Of a stretch of DNA of 32,121 nt, positions 9,210 through 17,762 are shown one piece after another. The position numbers and the translations under genes were made by a program. The stretch spans positions 1 through 32,121 of the forward strand of contig CAZWHH010000001.1 of NCBI GenBank assembly GCA_964633615.1. The letters are read 5' to 3'. The notes beneath the pieces were generated by a model, which worked only from the letters and a program-made list of their open reading frames with translations, did no database searches and was not told the DNA's origin. The number at the start of each line of letters is the position of its first letter. Positions within the stretch are counted from its first letter, which is position 1. The stretch is from an uncultured Bacteroidales bacterium (GTDB taxonomy: Bacteria; Bacteroidota; Bacteroidia; Bacteroidales; UBA12077).

Positions 9210-9779
9210 TTATTTTTCAAAAAATCTCTTCTTAATATACTCATAATCTTCATCTGTGTCAATATCCAGCAAAATCCCTTCGTCCTCAACTTCAACAACA
9301 TTGGCTTTGCGGCTATGAATAAAATCCCTGAGAATACCATCTTCAGGCATTTCAATAATTCCCTCACGGCAGTCATTGCGAAACAATACCGGATGTCCTT
9401 TCTTCCCTTTAAAAGAAGGATTAACAATGTTGCCCTCAGTTTTCATAAGCTTTGTCAGCGTTTGCCTTTTAATCATTGGCTGGTCGCCGGGGAGAACAAA
9501 AAACGTATCAGATTTCAATTCCTTTACCCCACATTGCACAGAAGAGAACATCCCCTTGCGGAAATCCGGATTTTCAACTATCCTGACACCCTTGTGACTC
9601 TGCAGGACCTGTTCACATTCTCTTGCTTTATGTCCTGCAACAACAATCACGTTATCGCACACCTCCAATAAAGTATCAACCGTATGTTCTATGACGGTCT
9701 TTTCTCCAAGTGGTAAAGTCATTTTATAGCGACTTGTCCGTGAAGACAAACCCGCTGCAAGAACTATGGCTTCAATCAT
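9210..9779 (-). CDS. mocA: molybdenum cofactor cytidylyltransferase (MocA/YgfJ family)
   Basis: 189 aa with N-terminal IVLAAGLSSRTSRYKMTLPLG, typical of the NTP_transf_3 family (MobA/MocA). Its start overlaps the upstream stop by 8 nt, and it lies 5 nt upstream of the Mo subunit gene. Confidence 0.75.
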   Translation of the reverse strand: MIEAIVLAAGLSSRTSRYKMTLPLGEKTVIEHTVDTLLEVCDNVIVVAGHKARECEQVLQSHKGVRIVENPDFRKGMFSSVQCGVKELKSDTFFVLPGDQPMIKRQTLTKLMKTEGNIVNPSFKGKKGHPVLFRNDCREGIIEMPEDGILRDFIHSRKANVVEVEDEGILLDIDTDEDYEYIKKRFFEK

Positions 9780-10953
9780 CGATATCCTCCAGTTTTTCTA
9801 TAGATTTATTTGGTATTTCCACAACTTTGCCGGCAGAATCAATATCCTTCATTCCACTACCAGTAGCCATAAGAACAGTAGTTGCATCTTCAGGCATTTG
9901 GTTCTTAATTTTAAGAAAACCCGCCATCGAAGCTGCAGAAGAAGGTTCAACAAATAAACCTGTTGTGGCTGAGAGCTCCCGCTGTGCTTCCAGGATTTCC
10001 TGATCGGACACCCTGACGCAACTACCACCTAAAGCTTTCAATTCACGCAAAGCATAATAACCATTAGCCGGTACATCCACACTAATGGAGTCGGCAAGCG
10101 TATTTGCCTTAACCGGTTTCCCGAAATCTCCGTTTTCCATAGCCCGGGTCAAAGCATCGCTATTTTCAGCCTGCACAGCAATAACTTCGGGGAAGTTCTT
10201 AATCCAACCCAGCTTTTTTAAATCCTTAAATCCTTTCAAAACACCACTAAGCACCACGGCATCGCCGGTTGGGACAAAAATATAGTCCGGTACTTTTTTT
10301 AACTGATGATACAATTCAAAAGCTGCCGTCTTTTTCCCTTCAATAGTCAGAGGATTAAAACCGGTATTGCGGTTTAGTGATTTGCCTGAACCCTTATATT
10401 GCATCGAGAGCTGGAAAGCATTATCATAGCTGCCTTTCACCAAAACCACTTTAGCTCCGTATTGCAATGACTGGATAAGTTTGGCTTTGGGAACATTTTC
10501 GGGTACAAATATCATAATTTTTAATCCGGCGGCGGCTCCAATACCAGCCATCGATGAAGCTGCATTTCCTGTGGAAGCAACAGTAATATTTGTAATACCC
10601 CACTTTCTGGCAAAAGCAGCTACCAACCAGGATGCCCGGTCTTTATAGGAACCGGTTGGATTCACCGTGTCATCCTTAATAAATAGATTAGGCGCATTCA
10701 ATTTTTTTCGTAAAATTTGGGGCAACCAAAGTGGTGTATTGCCTACCGGCAATTCCGGAAAATAATTTTTATCAACAGGTAAAACCTCATAAATGGAGCT
10801 GTCTTCAGGCAAAGAACCTTTCATATCTACTTCAAGAATACCCCGCAATGGACGCTTCTCTTCCTGTTTTTCCTGACAAACAGGACACAGCATAACATCC
10901 GGTTCAATCGGATATTCCTTTCCACATTCGCTGCATTTATAAACAAACTCCAT
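9772..10953 (-). CDS. threonine synthase-like fold-type II PLP enzyme with N-terminal zinc ribbon
   Basis: 393 aa with CSECG...CPVC at the N-terminus, VNPTGSYKDRAS (the ThrC PLP-lysine motif) and VASTGNAASS. No other threonine-biosynthesis genes are nearby. Confidence 0.75.
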   Translation of the reverse strand: MEFVYKCSECGKEYPIEPDVMLCPVCQEKQEEKRPLRGILEVDMKGSLPEDSSIYEVLPVDKNYFPELPVGNTPLWLPQILRKKLNAPNLFIKDDTVNPTGSYKDRASWLVAAFARKWGITNITVASTGNAASSMAGIGAAAGLKIMIFVPENVPKAKLIQSLQYGAKVVLVKGSYDNAFQLSMQYKGSGKSLNRNTGFNPLTIEGKKTAAFELYHQLKKVPDYIFVPTGDAVVLSGVLKGFKDLKKLGWIKNFPEVIAVQAENSDALTRAMENGDFGKPVKANTLADSISVDVPANGYYALRELKALGGSCVRVSDQEILEAQRELSATTGLFVEPSSAASMAGFLKIKNQMPEDATTVLMATGSGMKDIDSAGKVVEIPNKSIEKLEDIDD

Positions 10954-10968
10954 AATATTAAATTTTTC

Positions 10969-11961
10969 TTATCCCATTAATTCTTTTAAAAGTCCTCTTG
11001 CCGTATGCAATCTGTTCTCGGCTTCATCATAAATAATCGAGTTTGGGGAGTCGAGCACCTCATCTGTAACTTCTTTACCTCTGTCTGCAGGAAGGGCATG
11101 CATAATTTTTGCATCCTTATTCGCCATAGAATAAAGCGTTTCATCTAAAATCCAGTCCGGATGTTTTTCCAGATTCTCTTTCATTATAGCTTTATTCTCA
11201 TCGGTATCCTCCCATTTATCAAAATAACCAAATCCACCCCAGTTTTTCGGGATCACAATATCGGCACCTTTCACGGCTTCCTCCTTGTTATGTGTGAATG
11301 TAAGATTTGTTCCGTTTTCTGCTGCATTTTTCTTTGCCTGTTCAACAATATCATCCTGCAGAGGAAATTCTTCGGGCATTCCAACGGTAACATCCATTCC
11401 GAAGCGCGGGAAGAAGAGCACCTGCGACTGAGGGACTGAAAGTGGCTTGGCATGTGAGGTGGCATAAGCCCACAAAATGGTCACTTTTAACTTTTCAGAT
11501 TTTGGAAAATGCTCCTTAATTGTAAGGTAATCGGCGATAACCTGCAAGGGATGGTAGATGTCATCCTGCATAGAAATCATTGGCACATCAGCATACTTTG
11601 CTATGTCTTTGAGATATTGGTTACCCAACTCATGAAAACAATTACGAATAGCAATCCCTTCACCCATTCGGCCAAGTACGTTACCCGTATCTTTGACTGT
11701 TTCCCCGTGGGAAATCTGCATTTTTCCTTTGGTCAGATCGTGAGCGTGACCACCAAGCTGAGTCATGGCAGCTTCCATAGAATTACGGGTACGGGTGGAT
11801 TGCTCAAAAAATATCATAAACAAGGTTCTTTGCTTCAGGTAATCGAAGACTTCACCGTTTTTATAACGCTTCTTTAAATCAAGGGTAGTTTCCAGTAAAT
11901 AATTAATCTCTTCTTTCGTCCAGTCCTGAAATGTTATGAGATCTTTTCCTTTTAAATTCAT
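10969..11961 (-). CDS. ygeW: YgeW-like carbamoyltransferase (ATCase/OTCase superfamily)
   Basis: 330 aa with STRTR, HPLQ and HALPADRG motifs. WAYATSHAKPLSVPQ...RFGMDVT and IPKNW resemble my recollection of E. coli YgeW (WAYSPSYGKPLSVPQ, PKSW). The ornithine-binding SMG motif is absent. Confidence 0.75.
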   Translation of the reverse strand: MNLKGKDLITFQDWTKEEINYLLETTLDLKKRYKNGEVFDYLKQRTLFMIFFEQSTRTRNSMEAAMTQLGGHAHDLTKGKMQISHGETVKDTGNVLGRMGEGIAIRNCFHELGNQYLKDIAKYADVPMISMQDDIYHPLQVIADYLTIKEHFPKSEKLKVTILWAYATSHAKPLSVPQSQVLFFPRFGMDVTVGMPEEFPLQDDIVEQAKKNAAENGTNLTFTHNKEEAVKGADIVIPKNWGGFGYFDKWEDTDENKAIMKENLEKHPDWILDETLYSMANKDAKIMHALPADRGKEVTDEVLDSPNSIIYDEAENRLHTARGLLKELMG

Positions 11962-12013
11962 ATCTGTATTTTATTTAAATTCGTAATTTATTAATTCTTT
12001 GTTTCTGTTTTTC

Positions 12014-13195
12014 TTAGCCTTCCAAAGTATAGGGCAACAGTGCATAAAAAGCAGCTGCTTTGTCGAGATGTTCTATGGGTGTTTTTTCATTCGGGGCATG
12101 TGCCATCACCTCATTGCCCGGACCAAAACCCAAACACGGTATCTTATAACGGCCGCAAACAGCCACAGCATTTGTTGAGAATGTCCACTTATCCACTACC
12201 GGATTTTTTTCGAAAAGTTCTTTAAAATTGGTAACCCCGGATTGTATCAATGGATGATCCGCTTCAACTTTCCACGTAGGGAAATACTGTTCCTGCTTAA
12301 AAACAGTACCTTTATAGCTGGGTTTATCATAAAGCGGCACTTCGACTTCAGCATCATCACCCAGCAAATCGGAAACTTCTTTGACAGCCGATTCTTTTGT
12401 TTCACCCCAGGTCAGGCGCCTGTCAATATGGATATTGGCTTTATCGGGTATTGCGCAAAGTGAAGGAGCATCACTCTTGAATACAGTGGGAGCCAGTGTT
12501 CCTTTACCCAGCAATTCATCGGTTTTAAGCTTCTCATTTAACTCTTCAAGCTGAACAGCGAAGCGTGAAGCGCTGTAAATGGTGTTTTTGCCTCTACCAG
12601 GTGCCGAAGCATGTGCAGAAAGCCCTTTAAAATAAACTTCCATTTCCATGCGCCCGCGGTGTCCACGGTATATATTAAGATTCGTAGGCTCAGTAATCAC
12701 GCAGTAATCCGGTTTAAGATTTTCCTTTTCAATCAGGTAAAGCCAGCACAAACCATCGGCATCCTCTTCCATAATCGTAAAGGTAAAATATATTGTCCAG
12801 TCGCCATCGTAATTCATTTCCTGAAGGATACGAGCTGCAGTAATCATAGAAGCAGCGCCTCCCTCCTGGTCTACTGTACCCCGGCCGTGAACGTAACCAT
12901 CTTTAATTTCCCCGGAAAACGGATCAAAGTCCCATTGGGAAACATCACCAGTATCAACGGTATCAATATGTGCATCGACAGCCAGTATTTTTTTACCCGA
13001 CCCGATTTTGGCAATGACGTTTCCCAAACCATCCGTCCAGTGATTCTTTATTCCGGCTTTATCCAGAAGCTCACTTACTTTTTCCATTACTTCCTTTTCT
13101 TCTCCACTCATGGAAGGGATTTTTACCATTTCGGACAAGCATTCACTTGTAAACGAGGAGTATTGTTTCGTCTTCTTCAGTATTTCTTCCTTCAT
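12014..13195 (-). CDS. ygeY: YgeY-like M20-family amidohydrolase/peptidase
   Basis: 393 aa with blocks EEDADGLCW, YRGHRGRMEMEV, IDRRLTWGET, YFPTWKVE, VVDKWTFSTN and GFGPGNEVMAHAPNEK. These align with remembered E. coli YgeY over the full length. Confidence 0.85.
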   Translation of the reverse strand: MKEEILKKTKQYSSFTSECLSEMVKIPSMSGEEKEVMEKVSELLDKAGIKNHWTDGLGNVIAKIGSGKKILAVDAHIDTVDTGDVSQWDFDPFSGEIKDGYVHGRGTVDQEGGAASMITAARILQEMNYDGDWTIYFTFTIMEEDADGLCWLYLIEKENLKPDYCVITEPTNLNIYRGHRGRMEMEVYFKGLSAHASAPGRGKNTIYSASRFAVQLEELNEKLKTDELLGKGTLAPTVFKSDAPSLCAIPDKANIHIDRRLTWGETKESAVKEVSDLLGDDAEVEVPLYDKPSYKGTVFKQEQYFPTWKVEADHPLIQSGVTNFKELFEKNPVVDKWTFSTNAVAVCGRYKIPCLGFGPGNEVMAHAPNEKTPIEHLDKAAAFYALLPYTLEG

Positions 13196-13226
13196 ATGTA
13201 TTATCCTTTAAATATTTTTTCTGTTG

Positions 13227-16200
13227 TTATATACTTTTGCTAAGGGCTTTAGCAGCTTCATAAATCACACTCATTCTAATGGCCTCATCAAATTTAATTT
13301 CCCTGACCTTATTAAGTGTGACTTTCTCCGGGTGAAAGTCCTTCACCCGCAATTCTGCCTGAGCTTCCTCTGATTCAAAAAAGAAGGAATTTTCTTTCCT
13401 TTGCAGCGACTTCATCTTGCCTTCCTTTTTCAAAAAAAGTTTCTCATCCTCAAAGAAGTAACCCTCTTCAGCCTCGGAAAAGCTCTTTTCTGTCAGGTGA
13501 AGCTGTGGTTTATCCTTAAAAGGTGCACCTGAAGAGGGACAGAATGTTTCACAATTCCCGCATTCGTTACAGAAATCCTTTATATTGAGCACCTGGTAAC
13601 GCTGCTTTAAACTAAAAATACCATTCGTTCCTTTTGTAACTCGCCCATTTTCTGCACGAGCAAAGGGAATCTCAACTGAAAAGGGCTTTATCTCGTAAGA
13701 ATGATTTGCCCGGTTGGGGCACACATCCACGCAGATATTGCAGAGTTCATCGCAAAACATGCAACGACCGGCCTCTTGTTCGATTTCGTCTTCTGGAAGC
13801 GGTTGATTGACCAGTTCAAAATCAGTTCGTTCTTCCGGTGGAAGTTTCTTTATGTGTTTACCTCGCTCCGTCCGGGCTTTGTTGAATTGCAATTCAGAAA
13901 GTGTGACATCCTTGTCAACATGAACCCGACTGGTATCTTCAGGCTTCACTCCTGATCTTTCCATGATATTCCAGGCAGTATATTTACCATCTGCGATGGC
14001 TTTTATCAAGGTAGAAGCCCCTCTTTTGGCATCTCCACCAATGAAAACATTTTCAGAGGATGCAGTTAAAACTCCTTGTTTATCAATCAATTCCCTAAAT
14101 TCTGGTTCTACGTCCTGACCAAAAGCGGGAATAATTGTGTCACAATCAAAAGTAATCTGTTTATCGCCATCAGGGACCGGTTTGGACCGGCCACTATCAT
14201 CTTTCCCTTCAATTTTCATTTTCTGAAACTTCATGCCCGTTATCTGTCCCTGTTCTGTCAATACCTCCAAAGGATTGGCAAGTTCGATCCATTCTATTCC
14301 CTCTTCCAAAGCTTCTTCCAATTCCTCCTCATCAGCAGGCATTTCAGCCCTGGTTCGGCGGTAGGCAAGTATAACAGTTCCTGTGGTTCCGACCAGCCTT
14401 TTTACAGCACGGACCGCATCAAGGGCTACATTACCGCCTCCAAGGACAATAATATTTTTTCCTATGTTTGTTTTCCTACTAAACTTAATATCCGAAAGCA
14501 ATTCAAGAGGTGAGACCAAACCCTCTGAAACTTTCTCAGCTCCAGCGGTTTTCAGGCTCTTGCCCGTTTGAGCTCCCACTGCAATATAAATAAAGTCAGA
14601 TTTTTCCTTAAGTTCCTTAAATTTATCTCTGGTAATTTTTATTCCATAATGAATGGTTACTCCCATCCGCTTAATACGCTGAACATCCTTTGCAAGAGCT
14701 TCATCAGACAGCCGGAAAGAAGGGATTGTTTGGGCCACCATGCCACCCGCTTGCTCTTTAGACTCAAACATCTCTACATTAAAACCGGCAAGGGCTAAAT
14801 AATAAGCACAGCTAAGGCCGGATGGCCCGGCACCAATTATAGCTACTTTTCCCTTAGTACTATCTAAAGTGCTTACATATTGGGAAGGATCACTGTTTTC
14901 TGCAATAAATCGTTTTATTTCCCTGATAAGAAGTGGATCATCGTACAAAACCCTTGTACATCTTGTCTGACATTCATGATCACAGATCATGCCGGAAACG
15001 GAAGGAAAAGGATTGTCATGCATAATCACTTCAAAAGCTTTATCATATTCTCTCCGACCCGCATAATAAAGATATCCTGGCACATTTTGCCCTGAGGGGC
15101 AGGTACTCTCACATGGCGCCTGAATGCAATCAAAATGATTTAAAGGCCTCTCCAAATGAATACTGGGTGATTGGGCGTTATAATCAGGATTTTCAAGAAC
15201 AAAATCTGCATAGCGGTTGAGATTTTTTCGGGTCGCCTCGTGAAGATCTTCCTCACCAGCTTTCTGTTTACTATATTCTTCAAGATTATTGGCTCCAAAG
15301 GCAAAACATTCCTGTTGCAAAATTTCTACATACTGACTAAGCTTTCCATAACCGCCGGGTCGTAAAAGATCTGTACTAACAGTAACAGGATTCAATCCAC
15401 AGGAAATGGTATCGGCAATATTAAAAGTATCAACACCGCCTGAAAATGAAACAGGAACTTCTTTCAATGCCTCTTCATTTTTCAGCCTTCTGGAAACATT
15501 AATGCTTATTGGATGCAGCGCTTTGCCACTCATAAACATAGCATCTCCCTCAAAAATATTTTTGTGGTTAAGGGATTCCAGCGTATTTGTGAGTTTCAGT
15601 CCGAAATTAAGATTTTCATTTTCTGCAGTTTCCATCAGGGACTTGATCACTTTAACGGCTTCATCATAATCAATATCGTGTTCAAAAGCTTCATCAGGAA
15701 CAACTGTAGGATAGCCATACTGATCTAAAATTTGACGAATTTTTTCCGGTCCCAGCAAGGTAGGATTGAATTTTATAAAGGTATGCAACCCTTTTTCCTG
15801 AAGCAGAAACTCACCAATCTGCCGGATTTCACCGGGAGGACAGCCGTGCATTGTGGAAAGTGTCACATTATCGGAGATACAATCGGGAATATCAATTTCC
15901 TTAGCTCGCGGATAGATGTCTTCAATAGCCTCAAGCTTTTCATTTTTTTCTTTGCTGCAGTCATTCATTTTATTCAAGAACCACTGCACATTGTCCTTTT
16001 TAATTCCTTCCAGATCGTATCCAAGACTCATATTGAAGATAGTTCCTATATCTTCGCTCCACCGGAATTTATCTTTCAGAATATGAATAAGAATCCACGC
16101 ATTTAGGTATTCATCATAAGATTGGTGGATTTTCAATTCCTGCGAAAACTCGCAGTTATATCCTTCAAACGGCATATCAATACATGGACGGGGAATATCC

Positions 16201-16475
16201 AGTTCGTCATCGGTCTGAACAGTTTTCAATTCAATATAGCGGGCCCCGCACAGCCATGCACTAACAATATTTTGTGCCATTTGAGAGTGAGGGCCGGCCG
16301 AAATGCCCACCGGATTTTCCAGTGGCTGATCAAACATCCGGGTTCTCAAGGGGTTATTCTTTTCCGGCTTGTAAAAAAATTTTCCCGGTATATCAAATAC
16401 TTTATTCTTCCCGACGCCTTTCATGGTAAGCTCAAAAAGATGGCGCCATGAGATTAATGAAAATTCACTATTCAT
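13227..16475 (-). CDS. ygfK: YgfK-like multidomain Fe-S flavoprotein oxidoreductase (DHOD/DPD-like TIM barrel, GltD-like FAD/NAD(P)H module, 2x[4Fe-4S] ferredoxin)
   Basis: 1082 aa. AGPHSQMAQNIV...YIELKTVQ, LSTMHGCPP and FIKFNPTLLG match remembered E. coli YgfK. Cys clusters are CIQAPCESTCPSG and CDHECQTRCTR. The Rossmann motifs are VAIIGAGPSGLSCAYYLA and IIVLGGGNVALDAV. The C-terminal clusters are CMFCDELCNICVDVCP and CNECGNCETFCP. Confidence 0.9.
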   Translation of the reverse strand: MNSEFSLISWRHLFELTMKGVGKNKVFDIPGKFFYKPEKNNPLRTRMFDQPLENPVGISAGPHSQMAQNIVSAWLCGARYIELKTVQTDDELDIPRPCIDMPFEGYNCEFSQELKIHQSYDEYLNAWILIHILKDKFRWSEDIGTIFNMSLGYDLEGIKKDNVQWFLNKMNDCSKEKNEKLEAIEDIYPRAKEIDIPDCISDNVTLSTMHGCPPGEIRQIGEFLLQEKGLHTFIKFNPTLLGPEKIRQILDQYGYPTVVPDEAFEHDIDYDEAVKVIKSLMETAENENLNFGLKLTNTLESLNHKNIFEGDAMFMSGKALHPISINVSRRLKNEEALKEVPVSFSGGVDTFNIADTISCGLNPVTVSTDLLRPGGYGKLSQYVEILQQECFAFGANNLEEYSKQKAGEEDLHEATRKNLNRYADFVLENPDYNAQSPSIHLERPLNHFDCIQAPCESTCPSGQNVPGYLYYAGRREYDKAFEVIMHDNPFPSVSGMICDHECQTRCTRVLYDDPLLIREIKRFIAENSDPSQYVSTLDSTKGKVAIIGAGPSGLSCAYYLALAGFNVEMFESKEQAGGMVAQTIPSFRLSDEALAKDVQRIKRMGVTIHYGIKITRDKFKELKEKSDFIYIAVGAQTGKSLKTAGAEKVSEGLVSPLELLSDIKFSRKTNIGKNIIVLGGGNVALDAVRAVKRLVGTTGTVILAYRRTRAEMPADEEELEEALEEGIEWIELANPLEVLTEQGQITGMKFQKMKIEGKDDSGRSKPVPDGDKQITFDCDTIIPAFGQDVEPEFRELIDKQGVLTASSENVFIGGDAKRGASTLIKAIADGKYTAWNIMERSGVKPEDTSRVHVDKDVTLSELQFNKARTERGKHIKKLPPEERTDFELVNQPLPEDEIEQEAGRCMFCDELCNICVDVCPNRANHSYEIKPFSVEIPFARAENGRVTKGTNGIFSLKQRYQVLNIKDFCNECGNCETFCPSSGAPFKDKPQLHLTEKSFSEAEEGYFFEDEKLFLKKEGKMKSLQRKENSFFFESEEAQAELRVKDFHPEKVTLNKVREIKFDEAIRMSVIYEAAKALSKSI

Positions 16476-17751
16476 AAAACCTCCCCTGTAATTTTTTTGC
16501 AGCTTTCTTCAGTTCTTTTTTTATTTCAGCCTCATCCACAGTTTGAATCTTTCCGTCGCGGTAAATTACTTCTCCGCCTGAAATAGTCATGTAGGTTTTC
16601 TGTGCTCCAAAGCCGAGTATAAGATGAAAAAACAGATTGTCTAAATTTATAGGTGTTTCAGGCACATAATCCAACACCGCCAAATCAGCAGTACGTCCAA
16701 CCTGAAGTCCTCCACTTTGCGGAAAAACGGAATTGATCACTTCTTCTGAACGCCGGAATAATTTATCTGCCGGATTTTCAACTGCCCCATTCCTTCTAAG
16801 AAAATGAGACCGGTAGCTGCCGATAATATTCCCGGACATTCCATCCGTTCCTATGACGTAATCCCTGATCTTTTCGGTATCCATCATTCCCACGTTATTA
16901 TTAGCATTCGACTCCGGATTGGAAACCACCACCGGATTATATTCATTAATTAACCGTGCGTCATTTTCAGAAATATGGACACAATGTATCAAAAGAGAAA
17001 AATCTGACAATAAATTAAATTGATTCAACCGGTCTATCGGACCATCAAAACCTTCATCCAGACAAAAATCAAAATCCTCCTTTCCTTCACCGCAATGAAT
17101 GTGTATTGGCATCTTATCCGGTTTATTATGGCTGATCGTTTGTAGCGAATCACTGCTTAATGTGAAATTGGCATGTAATCCCATCATTCCTTTTGTTTTA
17201 GGGGAATCAATGTGTTCATTGTAAAATTTAAGATTTTCATCCAACTGTTTCCGAAATACATCTTCACCCTCCCTGTCAGATATTTCAAAGGACAGTGCGC
17301 TTTTTAAGCCCACTTCATTAAAAGCTTTTTCAATTAAATCGAGACTTCCTTTCACATAGTTGGAAGAAACATGATGGTCAAAAATAGTAGTAACTCCGTA
17401 TTTCGCGGAATCGATAACACCGGAGAGAGCAGAATAGTAAACTGTCTCTTCATCCAAAACCCGGTCAAGTGGCCACCAAAGGTTTTTAAGAATATTGGAA
17501 AGTTTATCGGTCGGGCCGAGGGGAACAATTCCAACAGCAAAACGTGAATAAAGATGATGGTGTGGGTTCAATAATCCCGGAATAATAATCCTGCCGCCAG
17601 CATCAATGTATTCTCCATCCGTTTTTTCCATTTCATGCGCACTTCCTATAGCGGCAATTTTGTCATTCTCAATGCGGACGAACCCATTCTCATAGAACAC
17701 TGAATGTCCGTCTGTTACTACTGCATTTCCTATTGTATAATTTGTTGACAT
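16468..17751 (-). CDS. ssnA: SsnA-like aminohydrolase (amidohydrolase superfamily)
   Basis: 427 aa. LKNLWWPLDRVLDEETVYYSAL...IFDHHVS...GSLDLIEKAF closely parallels remembered E. coli SsnA (LKNLWWRLDRALDEESLYYSGL...VIDHHAS). A PHHHLYS metal motif is present. The stop overlaps the ygfK start by 8 nt. Confidence 0.85.
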   Translation of the reverse strand: MSTNYTIGNAVVTDGHSVFYENGFVRIENDKIAAIGSAHEMEKTDGEYIDAGGRIIIPGLLNPHHHLYSRFAVGIVPLGPTDKLSNILKNLWWPLDRVLDEETVYYSALSGVIDSAKYGVTTIFDHHVSSNYVKGSLDLIEKAFNEVGLKSALSFEISDREGEDVFRKQLDENLKFYNEHIDSPKTKGMMGLHANFTLSSDSLQTISHNKPDKMPIHIHCGEGKEDFDFCLDEGFDGPIDRLNQFNLLSDFSLLIHCVHISENDARLINEYNPVVVSNPESNANNNVGMMDTEKIRDYVIGTDGMSGNIIGSYRSHFLRRNGAVENPADKLFRRSEEVINSVFPQSGGLQVGRTADLAVLDYVPETPINLDNLFFHLILGFGAQKTYMTISGGEVIYRDGKIQTVDEAEIKKELKKAAKKLQGRFYE

Positions 17752-17762
17752 ATATTTATCTT

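Noticed and set aside
9066-9671. Long antisense ORFs opposite real genes. Examples are 9066-9671 (201 aa), 12611-13243 (210 aa), 6158-6688 (176 aa), 5187-5627 (146 aa), 14076-14513, 20536-20919 and 23535-23837.
   Set aside because: All lie fully inside or across strongly supported genes on the other strand. Their translations are low-complexity, Phe/Ile/Ser/Cys-rich and lack motifs, which is typical of shadow ORFs of conserved genes.
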